Source: an uncultured Anderseniella sp.
GTDB taxonomy: Bacteria; Pseudomonadota; Alphaproteobacteria; Rhizobiales; Aestuariivirgaceae
Assembly (NCBI GenBank): GCA_938039915.1
Contig: CALHUA010000178.1
Location: 1-57,639, forward strand
Length of the DNA stretch: 57,639 nt
Reading direction: 5' to 3'
The translations under genes and the position numbers were made by a program. Below are positions 17,141 to 25,892 of this stretch, one piece after another (positions within the stretch are counted from its first letter, which is position 1; every line of letters begins with the position of its first letter). The notes beneath the pieces are model-generated. The model made no database searches. It saw only the letters and a list, made by a program, of their open reading frames with translations, and had not been told where the DNA came from.

Positions 17141-18220
17141 ATGGACGCGCACAAGGACAATTCACCCACGGCTCAAGACAGTCAAACTGACCTTCCCCGC
17201 AACCGGACACAGGCCGTCAGGGATCTGAAGCGCCGGTTCATGCGCAATGACATCCTGTTTTCCGCCCTGTTCTTTTTGGCCATGCTGGCCGCTCCGCTGT
17301 TTCCCGATGTCAAAGGCTGGATGCTGAGCCAGGCGTCACTGGTGATCATATACATCATCGCCGCCATGGGGGTTCTGGTGCTGGTCGGGTTCACCGGGCT
17401 TGTCTCCGTCGGGCACGGAGGGTTCCTGGCCATCGGTGCCTACACATCGGCGCTGTTGACGCTTCATCTGAATGTCGACCTGGTTGTCGGCATCGTGGCC
17501 GGCATGGCAATGGCGGGGCTTATCGGGGCTGTGCTGGCGCTCATATTCCTGCGCCTGTCGGGGGCATTCATGGCCATCGGCACGCTTGGATTTGCCTTCT
17601 TTGTCGGCACGATTCTCAACAATGTGCCGTTTTTCCAGGGCCGCGACGGTATCCTGCTCGATGCAAATCATGTGCTTGGAATAGAGATTGGCGACCACGG
17701 TTTCTACTATGTGTCGACGATCTGCCTGGTCCTGGTGACACTGTTCGTATTCGCACTGGTGAATTCTGGTACCGGCCGCGCCTTCATGGCTTTGCGGGAT
17801 GCCGAAAAAGCGGCCATGGCCAGTGGTGTAAACCGCCTGAAATACCGGACCCTGGCGTTCACCCTGAGCGCCGCTATCACCGGCATTGCCGGGGCATTGA
17901 ATGCCCATGTCGTCAACTATGTTTCGGCAGAGGTTTTTGCCGACATCTGGTATTCGGTCGACATCCTGATGGCCGTCGTCGTTGGCGGTTCAACGGTCAT
18001 ATTCGGCCCCTTCCTGGGCGGTTTCTTCGTTGTGATGCTGCCGTTCTTCTTCGAACAGCTTGCTGATTTCTCATTCATCCTGAAAGGCGTTGTGCTGATC
18101 CTGGTCCTGCGGTTTGCACCCGCAGGCATCATGGAACTGCTGGTCAGGCCTCTCAAGAATGCCCGCCGCCGCCGCTTGCGAAAAATCGGCGGATCCATGG
18201 CTGCCGAGGAGGCCGAGTGA
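17141..18220 (+). CDS. livM: HAAT/Liv-type ABC transporter permease
   Basis: GFTGLVSVGHGGFLAIGAY, GRAFMALRD.E.AA.ASGVN and VVVGG...FGP.LG. Confidence 0.9.
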   Translation: MDAHKDNSPTAQDSQTDLPRNRTQAVRDLKRRFMRNDILFSALFFLAMLAAPLFPDVKGWMLSQASLVIIYIIAAMGVLVLVGFTGLVSVGHGGFLAIGAYTSALLTLHLNVDLVVGIVAGMAMAGLIGAVLALIFLRLSGAFMAIGTLGFAFFVGTILNNVPFFQGRDGILLDANHVLGIEIGDHGFYYVSTICLVLVTLFVFALVNSGTGRAFMALRDAEKAAMASGVNRLKYRTLAFTLSAAITGIAGALNAHVVNYVSAEVFADIWYSVDILMAVVVGGSTVIFGPFLGGFFVVMLPFFFEQLADFSFILKGVVLILVLRFAPAGIMELLVRPLKNARRRRLRKIGGSMAAEEAE

Positions 18221-18990
18221 TGAACGAACATCTGCGCTGCGAAGGCATTCGGGTCAGTTTCGGTGGAGTTGTTGCGTGCGATGACATCTCGTTGACGGTT
18301 GAAAAAGGCAAGATCATCGGTCTGATCGGCCCCAACGGCGCCGGCAAGACAACCTTGTTCAACGTGCTGACAAGGTTCCAGCCCTATGAATCAGGATCGG
18401 TGTTTCACGACGGCGAAAACATCGACGCCCTGCGGCCGCACGAAATGGTGCATCGCGGCCTGGCACGTACCTTCCAGAACATCAACCTGTTCAAAGACCA
18501 GACTACATTGCGCAACATCATGACGGGCGGGCATTCCCTGATGGGCGACCCGCTCCAGGCCATGTTGTGGACGCCTTCAGCACGGCAAAAAGAACGCGAA
18601 ATCGAAGACCGTGCCCTGGAAATCGCTGAGACCCTCAACCTGACCTCGGAACTGGAAAACGAGGTCGGGAACCTGCCCTACGGATACCAGAAACGCGTCG
18701 AGCTGGGCAGGGCCCTGGCATCCAAACCATCCATCCTGCTGCTGGATGAACCGGTCGCCGGCTGCAACGATGACGAGACCGCAGAGCTGCAGGAAATCAT
18801 CCGCAAGGTAAATACCGAACTGGGTGTTTCGGTGCTTCTGGTCGAACACGACATGAAGATGGTCATGAAGGTGTGTGACTACATCTACGTCATCAATTTT
18901 GGCTCCAATCTCGCTCAAGGCACCCCGGAGGAAATTCGCAAGGACCCGGAAGTGATCAAGGCATACCTGGGTGAGGAGGAGCACGTATGA
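18217..18990 (+). CDS. livG: ABC transporter ATP-binding protein
   Basis: GPNGAGKTT, RTFQN, LPYGYQKRVE, LLDEP, VEHDM and VIKAYLG. Confidence 0.93.
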   Translation: MMNEHLRCEGIRVSFGGVVACDDISLTVEKGKIIGLIGPNGAGKTTLFNVLTRFQPYESGSVFHDGENIDALRPHEMVHRGLARTFQNINLFKDQTTLRNIMTGGHSLMGDPLQAMLWTPSARQKEREIEDRALEIAETLNLTSELENEVGNLPYGYQKRVELGRALASKPSILLLDEPVAGCNDDETAELQEIIRKVNTELGVSVLLVEHDMKMVMKVCDYIYVINFGSNLAQGTPEEIRKDPEVIKAYLGEEEHV

Positions 18991-19703
18991 GTTCTTTGCA
19001 AGTTGAAAACCTGAAAGCGAATTACGGCCCGATAACCGCCCTCAAGGACGTTTCAATCGAAGTGCCCCAGAAGAGCATTGTCGCCCTGCTGGGCGCCAAC
19101 GGCGCAGGCAAGTCGACAACGCTCAAATGTATTTCCGGCGTGGTGAAACCCGCAGGCGGGTCCATCCAGTGGGACGGCGCTGCCATTACCGGCGAGACGC
19201 CAAACGCCGTGACGCGCAAGGGGATTGCCCAGGTGCCGGAAGGCCGCCGCATATTCAAGGACCTGTCGGTGACCGACAATCTTGAAATGGGCGCCTACAC
19301 CCGGTCTGACCGCGCCCAGATCGAAAAGGATCTGGACGACATTTTCGATCTGTTTCCACGCCTGAAGGAACGGCATTCGCAGCTTGGCGGATCCCTGTCG
19401 GGCGGCGAGCAACAAATGCTGGCAATCGGGCGCGGTCTCATGGCAGCCCCCCGGCTTTTGATGCTCGACGAGCCGTCTCTCGGGCTTGCGCCCATCGTGG
19501 TTTCACAGATTTTCGAAACCCTTCAACGCCTTGTCGCGGAACGGGAACTGACCATCCTGCTCGTTGAACAAAACATGAAAATGGCATTGAAGGTGTCGAG
19601 CTTCGGATACGTCATGCAACTGGGGAAGGTAATGATCTCCGGCTCTTCAGACGAGTTGGAGGAGAACAAGGAGGTTTATGAAACGTATTTAGGAATCGCC
19701 TGA
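18987..19703 (+). CDS. livF: ABC transporter ATP-binding protein
   Basis: GANGAGKST, VPEGRRIF, LSGGEQQMLAIGR and LDEPSLGLAP. Confidence 0.93.
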   Translation: MSSLQVENLKANYGPITALKDVSIEVPQKSIVALLGANGAGKSTTLKCISGVVKPAGGSIQWDGAAITGETPNAVTRKGIAQVPEGRRIFKDLSVTDNLEMGAYTRSDRAQIEKDLDDIFDLFPRLKERHSQLGGSLSGGEQQMLAIGRGLMAAPRLLMLDEPSLGLAPIVVSQIFETLQRLVAERELTILLVEQNMKMALKVSSFGYVMQLGKVMISGSSDELEENKEVYETYLGIA

Positions 19704-19766
19704 TTTTGCCCGCAGACCGGGTAAAGCGGCGCACCGCGCAAATTGCGCTCAACTTGGGAGGAAAAC

Positions 19767-20954
19767 ATGAAACAATCAGTTAAATCAATGATTTATGGCA
19801 CCGCCTTTGCCGCACTCGCAGCAATTGCCACGCCTGCTGCCGCAGAGAACGGCCCCGGCATAACAGATGATAGTGTTTTGATTTGCTCGTACCAGCCCAT
19901 GACCGGCAAAGTGTCCAGCTATTTTCGCATGGGCAAGGGCGCTGATGCCTGGTTCAAGCACGTCAACGACAATGGCGGTATCAACGGTCGCAAGATCGAA
20001 TACCGGATGATCGATGATAAATATGAGCCGGCGCGCACCAAGACGGCAGTAAAACGCTTTGTCGAACGCGACGATTGCTTTGCCATTGTGTCACCGCTCG
20101 GATCAGCGCCGACAAGTGCGGTCATCGACTACATCGTTGACAAGGAAGTGCCGCTGATCGGTGCAGGCACCGGTGCGGAGAAGAACCTCACCATCGAAAG
20201 CAAGTGGGTGTTTCCGCTGTATCCAAGCTACTTCACCGAGGGTCAGCAACTGGTCAAATTCGCCAAGGAAGTCTTTGGCGCGAAAAAGATTGCCGTGCTT
20301 TACCAGAACGATCCCTCCGGCAAGACCCATATTGCGGGTATCGAGTCCGTGCTGAAAGATGAAGGGGTGGAAGTTGTCGCTTCCGAAGGCTATGAGCCAA
20401 AAGAAGTGGACGTTTCTTCTCAGGTCATTGCCATGCAGGCATCGGGTGCCGATGCCGTGATCTGTTCATGTGCTCCCGAACCCGCAGCCAAGTTCTACAC
20501 TGAGCGTGCCAAACTTGGTTGGGACATTCCGGTGGTGAACGTGTTCTTTGGCAAGAGCCCCAAAGTTGCGGAACTGGCCGGAAACGATGCCGTCAACGGC
20601 GTGTATTTCTCAACCATTTTCCGGGACTTTGATTCCCCTGCTCCACAGATCCAGGAATCGAAGAAAATCCTCGCCAAATACTATCCCGAGGAACAGCCGG
20701 ACGCGATCCACCTGTGGGGTTTCGCAGGCAGCCAGGTGTTTACCGAAGCGCTGCGTCGGATGAGCGACGGCCCGATCACCCGTGATCGCCTTGTCGAAAC
20801 ACTCGAAGGTATCGATGACTGGAAAGACAGTGTGGTGCCAAGCGTCACCATCGGGGAAGGCAATGCGCCGAACCACTTCATCATCAAGGACATGTCCTTC
20901 GTGAAATTCAACAACGGCAAGTTCGAAGACTTCACACCGCCGTGGATGAAATAA
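19767..20954 (+). CDS. Periplasmic substrate-binding protein (LivJ/Peripla_BP_6 family)
   Basis: Sec signal ending AAA-E, GGINGRKIE...DDKYEP and LYQNDPSG. GGAGG RBS. Confidence 0.9.
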   Translation: MKQSVKSMIYGTAFAALAAIATPAAAENGPGITDDSVLICSYQPMTGKVSSYFRMGKGADAWFKHVNDNGGINGRKIEYRMIDDKYEPARTKTAVKRFVERDDCFAIVSPLGSAPTSAVIDYIVDKEVPLIGAGTGAEKNLTIESKWVFPLYPSYFTEGQQLVKFAKEVFGAKKIAVLYQNDPSGKTHIAGIESVLKDEGVEVVASEGYEPKEVDVSSQVIAMQASGADAVICSCAPEPAAKFYTERAKLGWDIPVVNVFFGKSPKVAELAGNDAVNGVYFSTIFRDFDSPAPQIQESKKILAKYYPEEQPDAIHLWGFAGSQVFTEALRRMSDGPITRDRLVETLEGIDDWKDSVVPSVTIGEGNAPNHFIIKDMSFVKFNNGKFEDFTPPWMK

Positions 20955-20961
20955 ACCGGCC

Positions 20962-20992
20962 TGTGGGCGGGGCCGACATGGCCCCGCCCACA
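20962..20992 (+). other. Strong hairpin after the SBP gene (mRNA stabiliser/attenuator, no U-tract)
   Basis: TGTGGGCGGGGCC-gacat-GGCCCCGCCCACA. Confidence 0.6.
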
Positions 20993-21131
20993 ACCATGAG
21001 TTCAAGGCGCCGGGGGACCGAATTGGCAAACTTCGGGCGCACGATAGTCGATGATAAATTTTCCCCAGCAATGCTGCGTTCCGGGCCAGTGAGAAGCCCG
21101 GTGCCGGCCACACAGTGAATTAGGAGGCAAG

Positions 21132-22517
21132 ATGACAGCAACGATTGGAAGAGCCATCCCGCCTCAACGCCAGAGAGTTCTGGATGCACTGAACCTGAAA
21201 GAGCCCGACCGTGTGCCGATCGGGCTGTGGGGAACCGTCGAGGGCTACCAGCATCTTCGTCGGGGCCTGGGAATGGGCTACAACGAGGATTTCAAGAATT
21301 ACCGCACCGGCTCGACCACGTGGACAACCGACGTGGCGTTCGAGGCGGATCTGGCGGAAAAGCTGGATGTTGACTTCCTGCGTGTGTCGATCGGCCCGTC
21401 TGGCGGGTCACCGGGCTTTCGCGTTCTTGACCTGGACTCCATTCCGGTGCCGCTGCAGGTGCCGTCGCCGCCCGATGATGCTGAAATAAACATCGATGAA
21501 TGGGGTGTGGTGCGCAAATGGACGCCGCACGAAAACGGCGGCTACTACGAGATGATCGGCTATCCGCTGTTCGACGCCACCAGTGCGCCGCTTGAGGAAG
21601 GCCTGGAGATATTGCGTGAGTTTCCATGGCCGGACCCATGGGACGAAGCGATGTGGCAGGACAGCCCCGTGCCCGGCATGTCGCTGCGCGAATACTGCAA
21701 GTACGTAAGGGAAGAAACACCGTTTGCCCTGATGGGCCAGGGCGGCCGCGGCGGCCTGTTCGAGCAGGCCAAATACATGGTCGGCTATGCCAAGATTTTC
21801 TCGGATTTCATCGAAAGTCCGGAATTCCTGGACGCCATGCTGATCAAGCTCGTCGACCTGGAAATTGAGCACAACAAGGCGTTTCTTGCCCAGTGCGGTG
21901 AGTATATCGACTGGCTGCGCATGAGCCCGGAAGACCTGGCGTCTGAAAAGACGGCCTTCATGTCCCTGCCCATGTTCGAAAACCAGCTGGTGCCGCACTA
22001 CAAGCGCGCAACGCTGGCGACCAAGGAGTTTTATCACACCAAGAATCCGAACGGGAAAATCCAGTTCCACAGTTGTGGCGCCATTCCCGAACCGTTCATG
22101 CGACATCTTATTGACTGCGGTGTCGACGGATACGACTCGATGCCACCCAAGGTGGCCCGGCATTCCAATCCGTCTGCAAAGAAGCGTCAGCTTGGCGACG
22201 AGATGTTCTTTTACGGCGGCATCGATGTTCAGGAAACCCTGCCCTGGGGAACCGTCGAGGACGTCCGCGCCGAAGTGCGCCAGCGCATCTGGGAGGTTGG
22301 TCACGGCGGCGGTTTTCTGCTCAGTTCATCGCACCGGCTCGAACACGACGTGCCGGTCGAGAACACCCTGGCGATGATCGAAGAAGCACATGAATACGGC
22401 AAGTATCCCCTGCCTGACACACCGCCCGAAGGGGCGGACACCGGCGATGGGTATGAGCCCTGGGATCCAAACCCGAAAAAGAGAAAGCGTCGGCCCAAGC
22501 CGTCGCCTGCGGCATAA
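21132..22517 (+). CDS. UroD/MtaA-family corrinoid-dependent methyltransferase 2
   Basis: RQRVLDALNLKEPDRVPI, DEWG, WPDP, EDLAS, QFHSCG, GGIDVQ and GGGFLLSSSH. AGGAGG RBS. Followed by a B12-binding protein. Confidence 0.85.
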   Translation: MTATIGRAIPPQRQRVLDALNLKEPDRVPIGLWGTVEGYQHLRRGLGMGYNEDFKNYRTGSTTWTTDVAFEADLAEKLDVDFLRVSIGPSGGSPGFRVLDLDSIPVPLQVPSPPDDAEINIDEWGVVRKWTPHENGGYYEMIGYPLFDATSAPLEEGLEILREFPWPDPWDEAMWQDSPVPGMSLREYCKYVREETPFALMGQGGRGGLFEQAKYMVGYAKIFSDFIESPEFLDAMLIKLVDLEIEHNKAFLAQCGEYIDWLRMSPEDLASEKTAFMSLPMFENQLVPHYKRATLATKEFYHTKNPNGKIQFHSCGAIPEPFMRHLIDCGVDGYDSMPPKVARHSNPSAKKRQLGDEMFFYGGIDVQETLPWGTVEDVRAEVRQRIWEVGHGGGFLLSSSHRLEHDVPVENTLAMIEEAHEYGKYPLPDTPPEGADTGDGYEPWDPNPKKRKRRPKPSPAA

Positions 22518-22535
22518 CAGCGGGGTATCGACTCA

Positions 22536-23372
22536 ATGCCTTTGAAGATTGACACCGAAATCGAATTTGACCTGGAAGATCTCCAGTACGATTTTGAAGA
22601 CTCCATGGAAACGGACCGCTGGCATGACGCGCCCGCTGAATTGAAAGAACTGTTCCATCGATTGGAGTGGAACATTATCGATGGTGAACATGCCGATACG
22701 GTTGGTTTTATCGACACCGCACTTGAAGGCGACATCAGCGCCCGAACGCTGATCTCCGGTCCCATGGCCACCGGCATTGCCGAGGTCGGACGCCGGTTCA
22801 AGATGGATGAATACTTCCTGCCGGAAGTGATGATGTCGGCCAAGTGCATGCACGAAGCGCTGGCCCGGCTGAAGCCCCTGATCCTGGCGGAAAAGAGCGA
22901 GGAAGTGGGCACCGTCGTGATCGGTACGGTACAGGGCGACCTGCATGACATCGGCAAGAAAATCGTTGCCATGATGATGGAAGCCGCCGGCTTCACCGTG
23001 CATGATCTGGGCGTTACGGTGCCGCCGGAAAAATTCGTCGAGGCGGTTCGCGAGCACAACCCGCAAATCGTCGGATTCTCAGCCCTGTTGACCACCACAA
23101 TGAACATGCAGTGGGAAACGCTGAAAGTGTTTGCCGCAGAAGGCTTGCGCGAGGACCTGAAAGTCTTCGTCGGCGGCGCCCCGATCAGCCAGGCCTGGTG
23201 CGACAAGATCGGCGCAGATGCCTACGCAATGGATGCGCTGGTGGCGGTTGACAAGGCCAAGGCCTGCGTAACGCGCCTGAAAAACCTGACCGGCGGTGCG
23301 CCCGAACTGCACGAGGCGATGTTGGAAATCGACCGCGAACGAGAGGCCGCAAAAGCAGCTGCGGCAGAATAA
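22536..23372 (+). CDS. Corrinoid (B12-binding) methyl-carrier protein 2
   Basis: EYFLPEVMMSA, GTVQGDLHDIGK, SALLTTT, VGGAP and IGADAY. Confidence 0.92.
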   Translation: MPLKIDTEIEFDLEDLQYDFEDSMETDRWHDAPAELKELFHRLEWNIIDGEHADTVGFIDTALEGDISARTLISGPMATGIAEVGRRFKMDEYFLPEVMMSAKCMHEALARLKPLILAEKSEEVGTVVIGTVQGDLHDIGKKIVAMMMEAAGFTVHDLGVTVPPEKFVEAVREHNPQIVGFSALLTTTMNMQWETLKVFAAEGLREDLKVFVGGAPISQAWCDKIGADAYAMDALVAVDKAKACVTRLKNLTGGAPELHEAMLEIDREREAAKAAAAE

Positions 23373-23373
23373 A

Positions 23374-24501
23374 ATGACCCAGACGCCAGAAGCGATCCCC
23401 AAACCCGGCTGGATCAGCGTGCGTAGCATCAACTATGTCATAGCCGGGTTGCTGGTTGTGCTCGGGTTGATCGGTCAAAGTCACGCAGCTATCGGTTACG
23501 CCCTGTTCCTGATCGCCACTCTCCTGCTGCTGTCAGGCGTTGCCCTGCTGGGCATTTTCGCGTTGACCAGATGGTTTGATACCGCTTTCCTGCGGCAATC
23601 CTTCGTCTGCGCGTTCTGGATGGGCGCGTGGGCCTATGTGTTCGCGGTTGCAAGCTTCATCGGCTATTACACCTACGAGGCCGCGATCGGCAATGTAGCG
23701 TTCCGCTACATCCTGTTCGGGCCGGCCATACTGGCGGCAATCGTGGTCCTGGATGTCGGGATCTATCGCGTCATTGTTCAAAAGAATCTACCGACCTTCC
23801 GGCGCTTCGGTGATCTGTGGAACCGGGACGGACTTGATCAGGATGCAATGGCGCGAACGCTGGTCGATGAAGTTGTCCTGCATCGCACACTGTTCAAGGT
23901 CAGTCCATTGCGCTGGGCAAGGCATCAACTGATCTTCTGGGGCTTCGGTTTGATGTTCCTCGTTGAGGTCGCAGCTGTTGCGTTCCGTGAGGCATTTCCG
24001 TCTTTCGGATGGACCGATATCTGGCACATGAGGGAACATCCGATCAGGCTGGCCTTTGATCTTGCCTACGATCTGACCGGGCTTATGCTCCTGGTCGGAT
24101 GCGTGCTTGCGCTGGCCTTCCGGGTCATGGTCCACGGCAAGGCAGAGCAAAAGTTCACCGATACCCCCACCACGGTTTTCCTGCTTGTCCTGACGGTTTC
24201 CGGATTCATGCTTGAAGGCGCCCGGTTAGGGCTTGAACCAGCCGGGTCAACCACCGCATGGGCATCGTTTGTCGGGCTTGCCTTCATCCCGATTTCCCCG
24301 ACCGGGGAGACGGCCAGGGAGGCGTTATGGATATTCCACGCCCTGGCAGTTTGCGCGTTCATTGCCTACATCCCGCTCAAGCGAATGATACACTCCTGCG
24401 CCACGCCGGTGGGGCGGTTGGCGAACTCGCAAAAAGGCCTGCTGGCGGACAAGAAGGCAAAAGTCATCGCCGGTCTGAGCGGCCGTTTCGGGCGGCGTTA
24501 A
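23374..24501 (+). CDS. NarI/DsrM/HdrE-like membrane protein (probable cytochrome b)
   Basis: Multiple TM helices with RWARHQLIFWGF, DLTGLMLLVG, SGFMLEGAR and WIFH...FIAYIP.KRMIH. Confidence 0.7.
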   Translation: MTQTPEAIPKPGWISVRSINYVIAGLLVVLGLIGQSHAAIGYALFLIATLLLLSGVALLGIFALTRWFDTAFLRQSFVCAFWMGAWAYVFAVASFIGYYTYEAAIGNVAFRYILFGPAILAAIVVLDVGIYRVIVQKNLPTFRRFGDLWNRDGLDQDAMARTLVDEVVLHRTLFKVSPLRWARHQLIFWGFGLMFLVEVAAVAFREAFPSFGWTDIWHMREHPIRLAFDLAYDLTGLMLLVGCVLALAFRVMVHGKAEQKFTDTPTTVFLLVLTVSGFMLEGARLGLEPAGSTTAWASFVGLAFIPISPTGETAREALWIFHALAVCAFIAYIPLKRMIHSCATPVGRLANSQKGLLADKKAKVIAGLSGRFGRR

Positions 24502-24599
24502 TACCTGACATTTCACACCAATTTTACAAAGTTGATGACAAGTGCGCCAAAATGCGGCGTAATTGCCGCCAATAAAACAAAGGGAGACGTCGGGATTTC

Positions 24600-25793
24600 A
24601 TGCCGACATTGAAACAGCTTCTGGACGCCGAATGCGCCAACTGTCCGGTTGGACTGGTGCGGCAGAGCGAGCTTTGCCAGGAAGTTGAAGAGCTCTATTT
24701 CGTACCTGGTGTCGAGTGGACACTGCACCATGACCTGTACCGGCCGTGGCCCGGTCACAACGACCGTGTGTTTCGCTGGTTCGTGCTGGAAAACGGTACG
24801 GCCATCGGTATCACCGGAACCATTGATGAACCCGACGGTGTGGCGCGGGTGCCATTCCAGAAGGTCTATCATCTCGATTGGAACCGCCTGAGAAACTGCC
24901 GGATCGTGTATGAGGCAGGCAGCTTCACCAAGGCCGCGCAGATCATGAACATCACGCAGTCCGCCGTCAGCAGGCAGATCGGCACACTGGAACAGGAACT
25001 GGGCTACGACATCTTTTTCCGCAACCGGCAGGGATTGCTGCCGACGGAATACGGCGAGTATTTTCTGGAGTCCATCCAGAAGATGTGGGATTCCCTGGAA
25101 CTGGGGCTGGCCCGCCTGAATGAAATGCACGAGACACCGGTTGGCCCGCTTTCGCTGACGACGACCGAGGCATTCGGCTCCGCGTGGCTGTCATCGCGGC
25201 TGGGCAAGTTTCACGAGATGCATCCATCGATCGAAGTCTCCCTGCTGTTGGCGGACAGTGCGGTCCTGGACCTGTGCAAAAGAGAGGCCGATTGTGCAAT
25301 CCGGTTCAGCAAACCGGAACAACCCAATCTGGTTTTCAAGTTCATCGAAGAGTTTTCATACCGTATATACGGATGCCAGGAATATTTGAAAAAAAACGGC
25401 ATTCCGCGTTCGGTGGAAGACCTCAATGCGCACCAGCTGATTGTTTACGGCGATGGAATGGGTCATCAGCCGATCAGGGAACTGAACTGGCTGTCTCAGT
25501 TCAACCGCCCGTCGGAAGCCAATCACGTACCGGATATTTCAATCAACAACATTTATGGAATTTACCGGGCTGCAGAAAATGGACTGGGCCTGGCGGCGTT
25601 GCCGTTTTATCTGAGCGAAAGGTCCAACAAACTGGTCAGGGTTCTGCCGGATGTTATCGGGCCGAAAATTCCGATCTACTTTGTCTATCCGCAGGAACTC
25701 GGACTGTCGCAACGCATCTCCTTGCTGCGCGATTTCATTGTCGATGAAATCCGCTCCAACTGGGGTGACCTGAAAAAACGCAACATGGCGTGA
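24600..25793 (+). CDS. LysR-family regulator with ~90-aa N-terminal extension
   Basis: HTH LDWNRLR...AGSFTKAAQIMNITQSAVSRQIGTLEQELG starts near residue 92. Substrate domain has READCAIR. Confidence 0.85.
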   Translation: MPTLKQLLDAECANCPVGLVRQSELCQEVEELYFVPGVEWTLHHDLYRPWPGHNDRVFRWFVLENGTAIGITGTIDEPDGVARVPFQKVYHLDWNRLRNCRIVYEAGSFTKAAQIMNITQSAVSRQIGTLEQELGYDIFFRNRQGLLPTEYGEYFLESIQKMWDSLELGLARLNEMHETPVGPLSLTTTEAFGSAWLSSRLGKFHEMHPSIEVSLLLADSAVLDLCKREADCAIRFSKPEQPNLVFKFIEEFSYRIYGCQEYLKKNGIPRSVEDLNAHQLIVYGDGMGHQPIRELNWLSQFNRPSEANHVPDISINNIYGIYRAAENGLGLAALPFYLSERSNKLVRVLPDVIGPKIPIYFVYPQELGLSQRISLLRDFIVDEIRSNWGDLKKRNMA

Positions 25794-25892
25794 AGGGCAC
25801 GGGTCAGGGGGGGCATGTGCTCGCGGCATACTTGCGACCTCAAGCGGACCATATAGTTGACGGATGTGGGTTCCGCACGCAGAAGACAGTCA

